From an uncultured Gammaproteobacteria bacterium (lineage in GTDB: Bacteria; Patescibacteriota; Microgenomatia; CAYXHB01; CAZYTL01), in NCBI GenBank assembly GCA_964650355.1, contig CAZYTL010000001.1, forward strand, positions 4,018 to 68,017: a DNA stretch of 64,000 nt. Reading direction: 5' to 3'. Shown piece after piece: positions 35,621-44,185 of the stretch. The notes beneath the pieces are model-generated. The model searched no databases and had not been told where the DNA came from. It saw nothing but the letters and a program-made list of their open reading frames with translations. How positions within the stretch are numbered: the stretch's first letter is position 1; every line of letters starts with the position of its first letter. Both the position numbers and the translations under genes were made by a program.

Positions 35621-38416
35621 ATGGCACAATCAGAACTACAACTAGAAAACGAATTAATATCTCAACTTAATACATTAGGTTTTGATATTGTTTCTATTCC
35701 CAACGTTGATTCGCTTCATCAGAATTTACAATCTCAACTTGAAAAATTCAATCAAACTAAATTCTCTGATCTTGAATTCTCTCGAATTTTAAACTACTTA
35801 ACTAAGAGTGATCGTTTTCAAAAAGCAAAAACTTTGCGAGATAGATTTGCCCTAAAGCGCGATGATGAAAGCACTTTGTGGGTACGCTTTTTCAACATGG
35901 ATAAGTGGTGTAAGAACGAATATCAAGTTACACATCAGGTTACCCAAGCCGGAAGATATGAGAATCGTTACGACGTAACTTTGCTTATTAACGGTTTGCC
36001 ATTGGTTCAGATTGAACTCAAACGTCGTGGTGTTGAAATGAAAGAAGCGTTTAATCAAATTCAACGCTATCATCGTCATTCTTTCACAGGGACCCTGTTT
36101 GAATATATTCAAGTATTTGTAATTTCTAATGGCGTTAACACTAAATACTTTTCGAATAATCCTAGACAATCATTTGAACAAACATTTTTTTGGACAGATG
36201 TAAACAATAAAAAAATAACTCAACTTAATGAGTTTGCTGATGTGTTTTTAGAAAAATGCTCTTTGTCAGCAATGATCGCTGAATATATTGTTCTTCATGA
36301 ATCACTTAAGATTCCAATGATCTTACGTCCCTATCAGTATTTTGCAGTTAAAGCTATTGAACAACGAGTAAAAGAATCAGATAAAAATGGTTACATTTGG
36401 CACACCACTGGATCTGGAAAAACTTTAACCTCATATAAGGCGAGCCAGATTCTCTCTCAGCTACCGGAAATTAAGAAGGTTTTATTCGTTGTTGATCGAA
36501 AAGATTTAGACATTCAGACCACCAAAGAATTTAATTACTTCTCTGATGGCTCAGTAGATGGTACCGATAACACACGAAATTTAGTTGCTCAACTTAAAGA
36601 TCCAAATCGAAAACTCATAGTTACTACCATTCAAAAACTAGATAGGGCTGTTTCGAGAGAATCATATATTCATCAATTTGAAGCTCTCCAAAATGAAAAA
36701 CTGGTCATTATTTTTGATGAATGTCACCGAAGTCAATTTGGATTAACACATTCAAGAATTAAAGGTGCTTTAAAAAATGCTCAGTTGTTTGGTTTCACTG
36801 GTACGCCAATCTTTGCAGACAACAATGTCGGTGGTGTAACTACCAAAGATGTGTTTGGCGAGTGTCTGCACAAGTACATTATCACTCATGCCATTGATGA
36901 TAATAATGTGCTCGGTTTTGCAGTTGAGTATGTTGGTAAATATAAGAAAAAAGATCAAGATACTTTGGACGCAGATATTTTTGCTGAAACTTTAGTAGAA
37001 GGTATTAATACCAAAGAAGTTCTTGAAAGCGATGAGCGTCTAGAAAAAATTACTGAGTACATTCTTCAAGATTGGAAACGAAAAACTAAAAAAGGTAAAT
37101 TCAACGCAATTTTTGCCACAAGCAATATTAGTGTTTTGAAAAGATACTACAAGTTGTTTGCTGACCAAAAACCTGACGATTTCAAAGTAGCGACAATATT
37201 TACTTATCAAGCCAATGAAGATGATAGCTCCGACATGCTTGACGTTGATATTTTTGCTGGTGAAGGTACTACCGGTAACCAACATTCTAGAGATTTCTTA
37301 GAGTCATGCATAAAAGATTACAACACTCTCTATGGAACAAATTATTCAACTGACCGCTTCTACGACTATTATCGAGATTTACAAAAACGAATTAAAGAAA
37401 AGCAAGTTGATTTAGTTATTGTGGTGAACATGTTCCTAACAGGTTTTGATAGTCCGAGACTCAATACCTTGTTCGTAGATAAAAACCTAAGATATCACGG
37501 TCTAATCCAAGCGTACTCACGTACTAACCGTCTACTTAATTCAGACAAACCACATGGGAATATTGTTTCCTTTAGGAATCTAAAACTAGCCACTGATAAA
37601 GCATTAGCATTGTTTGGTGATGAGAACGCTAAAGAAGTTGTTTTCAAAAAACCGTATGAGATTCAGAAAAAAGAATTTGAACAAAAATTATCAGAAGTAA
37701 AGAAAAAGGTTCCTACTGTAGATTCAGTTGATGATTTGCAGGGAGAAGAAGAAAAGGCTTCATTTGTTAAAAGCTTTAGAGATCTTTTGAGAATTAAATC
37801 CTCTCTAGAAACTTTTGCTGAATTTTCATTTGATGACTTAGGTATATCTGAGCAAGAATTTTATGATTACCAAAGCAAATATCTCGACATTCATGAAGAG
37901 CGCAAAAAACACGATCCTGAAAAGGAATCTATATTAGATCAAATCGACTTTGAGCTTGAACTTACAGTAAGAGATGTTGTTGATTTTGACTATATTATTC
38001 AACTTATTGCTGGGTTGAAAGACATTAGCTCAGATGCTGTTAGAGAAAAGAAGACTGAAGAAATCTTGAAGCTATTTGACCGTGATGTAAAACTTCGCAA
38101 GAAGAAAGAGCTAATCAAGAAATTTATTGAAGAAAATCTTCCCAAGGTTGGTAAAGATGGAAACGTCGAAGAAGCCTTTGAGAAATTCTGGTCAAGTGAA
38201 AGATCTACTGCTTTAAAAGATGTGGCTCAGACTGAAAATATTCCTCTAGAAAAATTTGAACAAGTTATTGGTGAGTACTTGTATACCCAAAAACTTCCAC
38301 ATAGTCAGGACATTATTGATCTACTCCCAGAAGCTCCCAAGATCTTAGAGCGTCAAGGAATCATCGATAGGATTAAAAATGCAATTGAAAATATAGTGGA
38401 TATTTTTGAATGGTAA
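35621..38416 (+). CDS. hsdR: Type I restriction enzyme HsdR (endonuclease/helicase subunit)
   Basis: N-terminal PD-(D/E)xK (DVTLLINGLPLVQIELK), helicase motif I HTTGSGKT, and motif II IIFDECHRS (DECH box). Confidence 0.8.
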   Translation: MAQSELQLENELISQLNTLGFDIVSIPNVDSLHQNLQSQLEKFNQTKFSDLEFSRILNYLTKSDRFQKAKTLRDRFALKRDDESTLWVRFFNMDKWCKNEYQVTHQVTQAGRYENRYDVTLLINGLPLVQIELKRRGVEMKEAFNQIQRYHRHSFTGTLFEYIQVFVISNGVNTKYFSNNPRQSFEQTFFWTDVNNKKITQLNEFADVFLEKCSLSAMIAEYIVLHESLKIPMILRPYQYFAVKAIEQRVKESDKNGYIWHTTGSGKTLTSYKASQILSQLPEIKKVLFVVDRKDLDIQTTKEFNYFSDGSVDGTDNTRNLVAQLKDPNRKLIVTTIQKLDRAVSRESYIHQFEALQNEKLVIIFDECHRSQFGLTHSRIKGALKNAQLFGFTGTPIFADNNVGGVTTKDVFGECLHKYIITHAIDDNNVLGFAVEYVGKYKKKDQDTLDADIFAETLVEGINTKEVLESDERLEKITEYILQDWKRKTKKGKFNAIFATSNISVLKRYYKLFADQKPDDFKVATIFTYQANEDDSSDMLDVDIFAGEGTTGNQHSRDFLESCIKDYNTLYGTNYSTDRFYDYYRDLQKRIKEKQVDLVIVVNMFLTGFDSPRLNTLFVDKNLRYHGLIQAYSRTNRLLNSDKPHGNIVSFRNLKLATDKALALFGDENAKEVVFKKPYEIQKKEFEQKLSEVKKKVPTVDSVDDLQGEEEKASFVKSFRDLLRIKSSLETFAEFSFDDLGISEQEFYDYQSKYLDIHEERKKHDPEKESILDQIDFELELTVRDVVDFDYIIQLIAGLKDISSDAVREKKTEEILKLFDRDVKLRKKKELIKKFIEENLPKVGKDGNVEEAFEKFWSSERSTALKDVAQTENIPLEKFEQVIGEYLYTQKLPHSQDIIDLLPEAPKILERQGIIDRIKNAIENIVDIFEW

Positions 38417-39602
38417 GAAAAATTTTATGAAAATTATAGACGATAAATCATTAGAAGAACTTAAAAATATAGTTCAAGATTGTAATGTAAACTTTTTACT
38501 TGGTTCAGGCATGTCCATGCCCTATCTTTCTACTCTTGGGAAAATTGAACAATTTTTAACAGAACTTGCACAAAAAAAAGAAAAAGGAGAAGTAACAAAC
38601 GAACAAGAAAAGATTATTAGAGTATCTTTGTATAAAAAATTTTTTGATGGCGCAATAGTAAAGAATTTAGATGTTCTAAAAGAAAGTGTTGATGCTAAGA
38701 AGGTATTGGATAACTACGAGAATTTTTTAGTAATTCTTAATTCTATTTTACTTAATAGAAAAAGCAGCATCCTAAATAAACAATTAAATATCTTTACAAC
38801 AAATGTAGATATTTTTTTAGAAAAATCACTGGAAAATACAAACGTAGAATATAACGATGGGTTTAGTGGAAGATTTTCTCCGAAATTTAATTTAACCAAT
38901 TTTAAAAAGTCGTTTTATAAAACTAGTCTTCATTATGACAATGTTTCAGAGCTACCAGTGTTTAATTTAATGAAAATTCACGGCTCACTGACTTGGGATA
39001 AAAGAGAGAAAGAAGATATTTTGTTCTCATCCAAACTAAATATTGTCGATAAAATTAAATCTAAAACAATAACTGGAAATACACTTATTGATATTGATGA
39101 TGAAGAAACAATAGATGAACTTATTACCAAAGCCAATACTAAGACCCCAGATTCGTCAGTAGATGAATTTATAGTTGAATACGAAAAGCTTGCGATTGTA
39201 AATCCGACAAAAGAAAAATTCAGAGAAACTGTTTTAAACAGAAATTATTATGAATTACTCAGGATTTATTCAAATGAACTTGAAAAAGAAAACACAATTC
39301 TTATTGTTGCTGGATTTTCATTCGCTGATGAACATATTCGAGATGTAACAATAAGAGCCGCCAATTCAAATCCAACTTTAAAAATCTATATACTTTCCCA
39401 TTCAAGTGATGCCGACGAAGGATCATTAATAGTCAAAGATAAGTCGATAAACGGCAATGTTGAGATTGTTGTACCACCGCAAAAGCAAGATGATCCTGAA
39501 CAAGAACCAGTAGATGAGTTCAAATATAACTTAAAAAACATAAATGAAAAAATCTTTACAGAATTACTTAAAAAGATTGGTGAGAGAAAAGAAGATAAAT
39601 AA
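38406..39602 (+). CDS. SIR2-family (NAD-dependent deacetylase-fold) defence protein
   Basis: FLLGSGMS (GxGxS Rossmann loop of SIR2), TTNVD (TTNYD-like) and KIHGS (HG catalytic His). The start overlaps the hsdR stop. An alternative start is at 38427. Confidence 0.7.
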   Translation: MNGKKNFMKIIDDKSLEELKNIVQDCNVNFLLGSGMSMPYLSTLGKIEQFLTELAQKKEKGEVTNEQEKIIRVSLYKKFFDGAIVKNLDVLKESVDAKKVLDNYENFLVILNSILLNRKSSILNKQLNIFTTNVDIFLEKSLENTNVEYNDGFSGRFSPKFNLTNFKKSFYKTSLHYDNVSELPVFNLMKIHGSLTWDKREKEDILFSSKLNIVDKIKSKTITGNTLIDIDDEETIDELITKANTKTPDSSVDEFIVEYEKLAIVNPTKEKFRETVLNRNYYELLRIYSNELEKENTILIVAGFSFADEHIRDVTIRAANSNPTLKIYILSHSSDADEGSLIVKDKSINGNVEIVVPPQKQDDPEQEPVDEFKYNLKNINEKIFTELLKKIGERKEDK

Positions 39603-39611
39603 TCCTAAAAC

Positions 39612-41471
39612 ATGAATAGCAAGCAAATACTCAAAGATTCTATATTCAAAGTTGGTAAGGTCATATCAGTTGATGGGCGAATTGTTAGAATAAAGGTTGA
39701 TAAAACAAAGAACTCTTCGAACTTACTATATAATGGCAAGTTGCTTAAAAATATTTCTGTAGGTGGGTATGTAAAAATAATCAAAGGTTTCACAAAGATA
39801 ATTGGCAAGGTCGATGGAGAATATATTAATGAAGAAAAAACCTTTTCAAATAAGGAATATGCAAGCGGAAAAGAAAAAATCAGCCGCGTGCTTAATGTTA
39901 GTTTGTTAGGTTTTTTTGGGGATAAAGGTTTTGAGAGAGGCATAAAAGAATTGCCTTTAATAGACAATGAGTGTTTTTTGCTTGAAAATGAAGAGTTTGG
40001 TTCAGTTCACCATTTTGTTAAAAAAGATGATGAGCCAATAACCGTAGGAAGTCTTTCTTTAGAAAAAGGTCAAGAAATCAAAGTTGGAGTTAATAGTTTG
40101 TTTGCGAGCCATATAGGAATTTTTGGGAATACTGGTAGCGGAAAATCATATACGTTAGCAAAAATTTATAGGGAATTATTTAAAAAGTATGAAGGGAGAG
40201 AAAATTTTCGGAACAATGGTATGTTTCTCTTGTTTGATTTTAATGGAGAATATGCAGATGAGAAGTGCATAATCGAAGGAAAAAAAATTTACAACCTAAC
40301 CACCAAAAAGACACTTAATACAATTAATAATGACGATAAATTTCCATTAAATGAGAATGACTTAATTGATTTGGAGCTTATTTCTATTCTTGCTAACGCA
40401 ACAGAAAAAACTCAGAGACCATTCTTATCCAGATCGTTAGACTTTTATAAAAAAATAAATGATGCCGATGACTCTCTTGAGTTTTTCAAAAATGTTTTAA
40501 AAAAACGGACAAAAGAAGTTCTAAGGATGGCAGATAAAGATAAAGCGCACGTTCTTATCGATTATTTAATTAATATTTTAGAAAAACCAGAAGAAAACTT
40601 AAACGAAGATCTTTTCGCCGCTATCGAATGGAACAATACAAATCATCACTTCATGCCTAGAAATGGCCAAAGCAGAGAATTAACGGATAGCGAAATTGAA
40701 GGAACAATTTTATATACATCCGCTAATAGCTATCAATTTCCCCAAAATATACTTACAAAAGTCATTCATTTTCTATACTTACAAGTAATTTTTGATATTT
40801 ACAACGACAAGGCTCAAAACGAACATATTGCCCCGGCCATTAATAAATTGAAGAGTAAACAAAAAGATATAGAGAAAGTTTTGAATACTAGCAGTACAAC
40901 CAACGACTTCTTTGTAGATAGCAATTTTGTGGTATTGAATCTTAAAGACGTTAATATCGAAATGAGAAAGACATTGCCTCTACTACTATCCAAAAAGGCT
41001 TATTCAGAACATAAACACAAACATAGACGAGATGAGAAGAAGTATTTAAATATTATTATTGATGAGGCTCACAATATATTATCCAAAGAATCTTTTAGAG
41101 AGGCTGAGAGCTGGAAAGATTATCGACTGGAAACATTTGAAGAGATAATTAAAGAGGGGCGTAAGTTTGGGGTCTTTCTAACAATAGCGAGTCAGCGACC
41201 CCATGATATATCCGCGACTATTATTTCCCAGCTGCACAATTATTTCCTACATAGATTGATAAATAATCACGACATTGTGGCTGTAGAAAGAACTATTGCT
41301 TATCTTGATAAATTGTCTGTTGAGTATTTATCTATTTTACCTACTGGTACATGTGTATTAGCAGGTTTGCTTGCACAGGTTCCTGTAGTTATTGATATTG
41401 GCAAAATAGAACCCAAAGAGCACGAACCTAACAATAAAACTATCAACTTAATAGAAAGTTGGAGTGACTGA
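39612..41471 (+). CDS. herA: HerA-like hexameric ATPase/helicase
   Basis: Walker A GIFGNTGSGKSYT, Walker B LNIIIDEAHN, FLTIASQRP, and an N-terminal HAS-barrel-like region. It sits immediately after the SIR2 gene. Confidence 0.75.
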   Translation: MNSKQILKDSIFKVGKVISVDGRIVRIKVDKTKNSSNLLYNGKLLKNISVGGYVKIIKGFTKIIGKVDGEYINEEKTFSNKEYASGKEKISRVLNVSLLGFFGDKGFERGIKELPLIDNECFLLENEEFGSVHHFVKKDDEPITVGSLSLEKGQEIKVGVNSLFASHIGIFGNTGSGKSYTLAKIYRELFKKYEGRENFRNNGMFLLFDFNGEYADEKCIIEGKKIYNLTTKKTLNTINNDDKFPLNENDLIDLELISILANATEKTQRPFLSRSLDFYKKINDADDSLEFFKNVLKKRTKEVLRMADKDKAHVLIDYLINILEKPEENLNEDLFAAIEWNNTNHHFMPRNGQSRELTDSEIEGTILYTSANSYQFPQNILTKVIHFLYLQVIFDIYNDKAQNEHIAPAINKLKSKQKDIEKVLNTSSTTNDFFVDSNFVVLNLKDVNIEMRKTLPLLLSKKAYSEHKHKHRRDEKKYLNIIIDEAHNILSKESFREAESWKDYRLETFEEIIKEGRKFGVFLTIASQRPHDISATIISQLHNYFLHRLINNHDIVAVERTIAYLDKLSVEYLSILPTGTCVLAGLLAQVPVVIDIGKIEPKEHEPNNKTINLIESWSD

Positions 41472-42985
41472 TGAATATGACATTATCTAAATCCGACTAC
41501 ATGCTTTTTCTTCGTCACCCAGCTTGGCTGTGGTTGAAGAAGTTCAACAAAAATAAACTTCCCCCGATTGATGAGGATACGCAGGCTTTATTTGACGCTG
41601 GTCATGAATTTGAAAGTTACACAGAAAAGCTGTTTCCTGATGCCATCCGTTTAGGTTTTAACAATTTCGATGAGTATCTTTCACTACCCAATAAAACCCT
41701 TCAAGAGATTAATAGTGGCACTCAAACTATTTTTCAAGGTCGATTAGAGATAGATGGTTTAACTTGTATTTTTGACGTTTTGCAAAAAGTTGGGGAGAAG
41801 GAATTTGACTTAATTGAAATAAAAGCCACTACCAGAGCTAAGCCAGAACACGAATACGATCTAGCATTTCAACTGTTAGTTTTGGAGAGGTCTGGTTACT
41901 CGGTTAGAAATATTTCTGTTGTTCATGCCAATAAAGAGTATGAGAGAAATGGGGATATAGATCCAAAACTTCTTTGTGACCAAACTAATATCACTGAAAA
42001 AGTAAAAGCTCTGAGAGAAGTAACTGAGCAACAGGTATCTGCAGCTCAGACGATGCTGGGCGAAAAAACAATTCCTGACATTTCTCCTCGGTACGTGAAC
42101 AAAGTTAACATTCCTGGCGTTTCTCAATGGTTCCAAGAATGGCTGGATATCTACAAGATACTGAAACCAAATAATGATCCCTACAATATTTACGAGCTTA
42201 GTTACCCTAGTGCTGAACAAATAGCTAGTTTAGAGGACGAGGGCATAACAAGGATAGCTGATGTGCCTGATGAGTTAGTTTTAAGACCAAAACAATTTGC
42301 TCAAGTAAAAACCACCAGAGAAGATAGGCCAATTTTAGATAAAGAAAAGATCAGAGAATTTTTAGATTCTTTTCAGTACCCACTTTACTTTTTTGATTAT
42401 GAAACGATGTCCTCAGTAGTCCCCGTGTTTGATCGCATGAGCCCTTATAAAGACTATCCATTTCAGTACTCCTTGCACGTTCTTCGATCCCCAGATGCTG
42501 AAGTCGAGCATCATGAATATCTGCATTCGGAGAATTCAAATCCGATGCCAAGACTTCTTAGTCAGCTCACACAAGATATTGGCAATGAAGGCACTGTTCT
42601 CACTTGGAATATGAGTTATGAAAAAGGATGCAATGACCGCATGGTCGCACTATACCCAGAATATTCAGAGTTTTTGGCAGAACTTAACGAGAGAATAAAT
42701 GATCTAATGATTCCATTCTCTGAGATGTGGTATTTCCATAAGGATTTCTTTGGTAGTGCATCAGTTAAAAAAGTAATGCCTGTATTGGCTCCTGAGTTAA
42801 GTTACAAGGAGCTCAATGTTGGCAATGGACTCCTTGCTAGGAGAATGTGGACCCAAACTATTTTAGAAGACAAACACCAAGATCAACGAGATAAAATTAT
42901 GGAGGATTTGAGCAAATATTGCACTCTAGATACATTTGCTATGGTTCGAATTTTGGAGGTATTGAGGGAAATTATTAATGAATAA
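41471..42985 (+). CDS. predicted two-domain nuclease (PD-(D/E)xK-like N-terminus + DEDD/RNase H-like C-terminus; DUF2779-like)
   Basis: N-terminal IFDVL...DLIEIKAT (D...ExK). C-terminal YFFDYETMS (Exo I FDxET) and YCTLD (Exo III YxxxD). Its ATG overlaps the HerA stop (tgaTGAatATGa), which implies translational coupling. Confidence 0.5.
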   Translation: MNMTLSKSDYMLFLRHPAWLWLKKFNKNKLPPIDEDTQALFDAGHEFESYTEKLFPDAIRLGFNNFDEYLSLPNKTLQEINSGTQTIFQGRLEIDGLTCIFDVLQKVGEKEFDLIEIKATTRAKPEHEYDLAFQLLVLERSGYSVRNISVVHANKEYERNGDIDPKLLCDQTNITEKVKALREVTEQQVSAAQTMLGEKTIPDISPRYVNKVNIPGVSQWFQEWLDIYKILKPNNDPYNIYELSYPSAEQIASLEDEGITRIADVPDELVLRPKQFAQVKTTREDRPILDKEKIREFLDSFQYPLYFFDYETMSSVVPVFDRMSPYKDYPFQYSLHVLRSPDAEVEHHEYLHSENSNPMPRLLSQLTQDIGNEGTVLTWNMSYEKGCNDRMVALYPEYSEFLAELNERINDLMIPFSEMWYFHKDFFGSASVKKVMPVLAPELSYKELNVGNGLLARRMWTQTILEDKHQDQRDKIMEDLSKYCTLDTFAMVRILEVLREIINE

Positions 42986-43021
42986 CTGTAATAAGTCATG
43001 ATTGAACTTAAAATAAAATAA

Positions 43022-44113
43022 ATGAAAAATGTTTCATCAATTGTCAGATTTTGCATTCTACTAGCCTTATTATTTGGTTTGATCTATACAAACAAGCAAC
43101 TCGGTGAGACTAATGCACGACTGGAGAAAGTTGAGATCAAGCTTGGCGGTGCAGAAAAAATTGATTGCAACGAAAAGGATTCCATTGAAAAAGTTCGTCA
43201 ATCTGTCGTTAGAATCATCGGGGGAGAAGCTGAAGGATCTGGTTTTGCTATTAAATCAGGTGGAGTAATTCTCACAAATTTCCATGTTATCGAGTTTGAA
43301 CCCACGCCGAAGGTTGTCTTACCAGATAATTCATTCGAAACAGCAGAAGTGCTTATGGCTGATAAAAATGCAGATCTCGCCATAATAAAGATCAATAAAG
43401 AATTGCCTGTTATTTCTTGGGGTGAGCCATCAGAACTTGATCCGGCAGAAGAATTACTTGCCATAGGCTTTCCGTTAGGTGGTCAGCTTAGCGGTGAAGC
43501 ATCGGTTAACAAAGGCTCCCTTTCTGGGCGAAGAAGGTCGAAAGATGTCGGTATCGAGTACTTACAAACTGATACTACTTTGAATCCTGGAGTAAGCGGT
43601 GGGCCTATGATTAATATTTGTGGCGAGGTAGTTGGTATAAACACAGCTGGTCTATCTGGATTAGGCCTTGGTATATCTTCCGACTCAATTAAGCAAAAAT
43701 GGCTTGAAATGGCCACGGCAGAGGATCCATTGGCTGATGTTCAGAAGATTGACTTTAAACCCGAGGAAAGCTCGTTAGAGGCGGTCAGAGCGTTCTATAA
43801 CTACCTCAAGGCTCGCAAACTAGAGAAAGCATTTGATTTGCTGTCAGATAATTTTAAGAAAGGTTATGATTTTGACTACTGGAAACAGGGGTATGAACCC
43901 CTTCTAGACACCAGTGTTATTAAAATCGAGGATGACCCAGAAATAGAAAATAGGGTAATTATCAAGCTGTCAACTAAGGACTTCGTTGATGAGGAAATTG
44001 TTTATAAGTACTTCGAGGGCTATTGGGACGTTAAAGATGTTGATGGTCGCTGGTTGCTTTGGGACCCTGAAATAAAAGAGGTAGATCCAGATTTTCTCTG
44101 GTTCTATGAATAG
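43022..44113 (+). CDS. membrane-anchored/secreted trypsin-like serine protease (S1 family)
   Basis: N-terminal transmembrane/signal helix. Catalytic triad context: TNFHV (His), DLAII (Asp), GVSGGP (Ser). Confidence 0.65.
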   Translation: MKNVSSIVRFCILLALLFGLIYTNKQLGETNARLEKVEIKLGGAEKIDCNEKDSIEKVRQSVVRIIGGEAEGSGFAIKSGGVILTNFHVIEFEPTPKVVLPDNSFETAEVLMADKNADLAIIKINKELPVISWGEPSELDPAEELLAIGFPLGGQLSGEASVNKGSLSGRRRSKDVGIEYLQTDTTLNPGVSGGPMINICGEVVGINTAGLSGLGLGISSDSIKQKWLEMATAEDPLADVQKIDFKPEESSLEAVRAFYNYLKARKLEKAFDLLSDNFKKGYDFDYWKQGYEPLLDTSVIKIEDDPEIENRVIIKLSTKDFVDEEIVYKYFEGYWDVKDVDGRWLLWDPEIKEVDPDFLWFYE

Positions 44114-44146
44114 ATATCATGAAAATTAAACACGAGACGATATTGG

Positions 44147-44170
44147 GGATTTACTTATGCCTTCAGGGTT
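44147..44170 (+). repeat. right copy of about 24-bp imperfect direct repeat
   Basis: ggatttacttatgccttcagggtt, with 21 of 24 positions identical to 33036..33060. Confidence 0.55.
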
Positions 44171-44185
44171 CTAGTTGAGTTAAAT

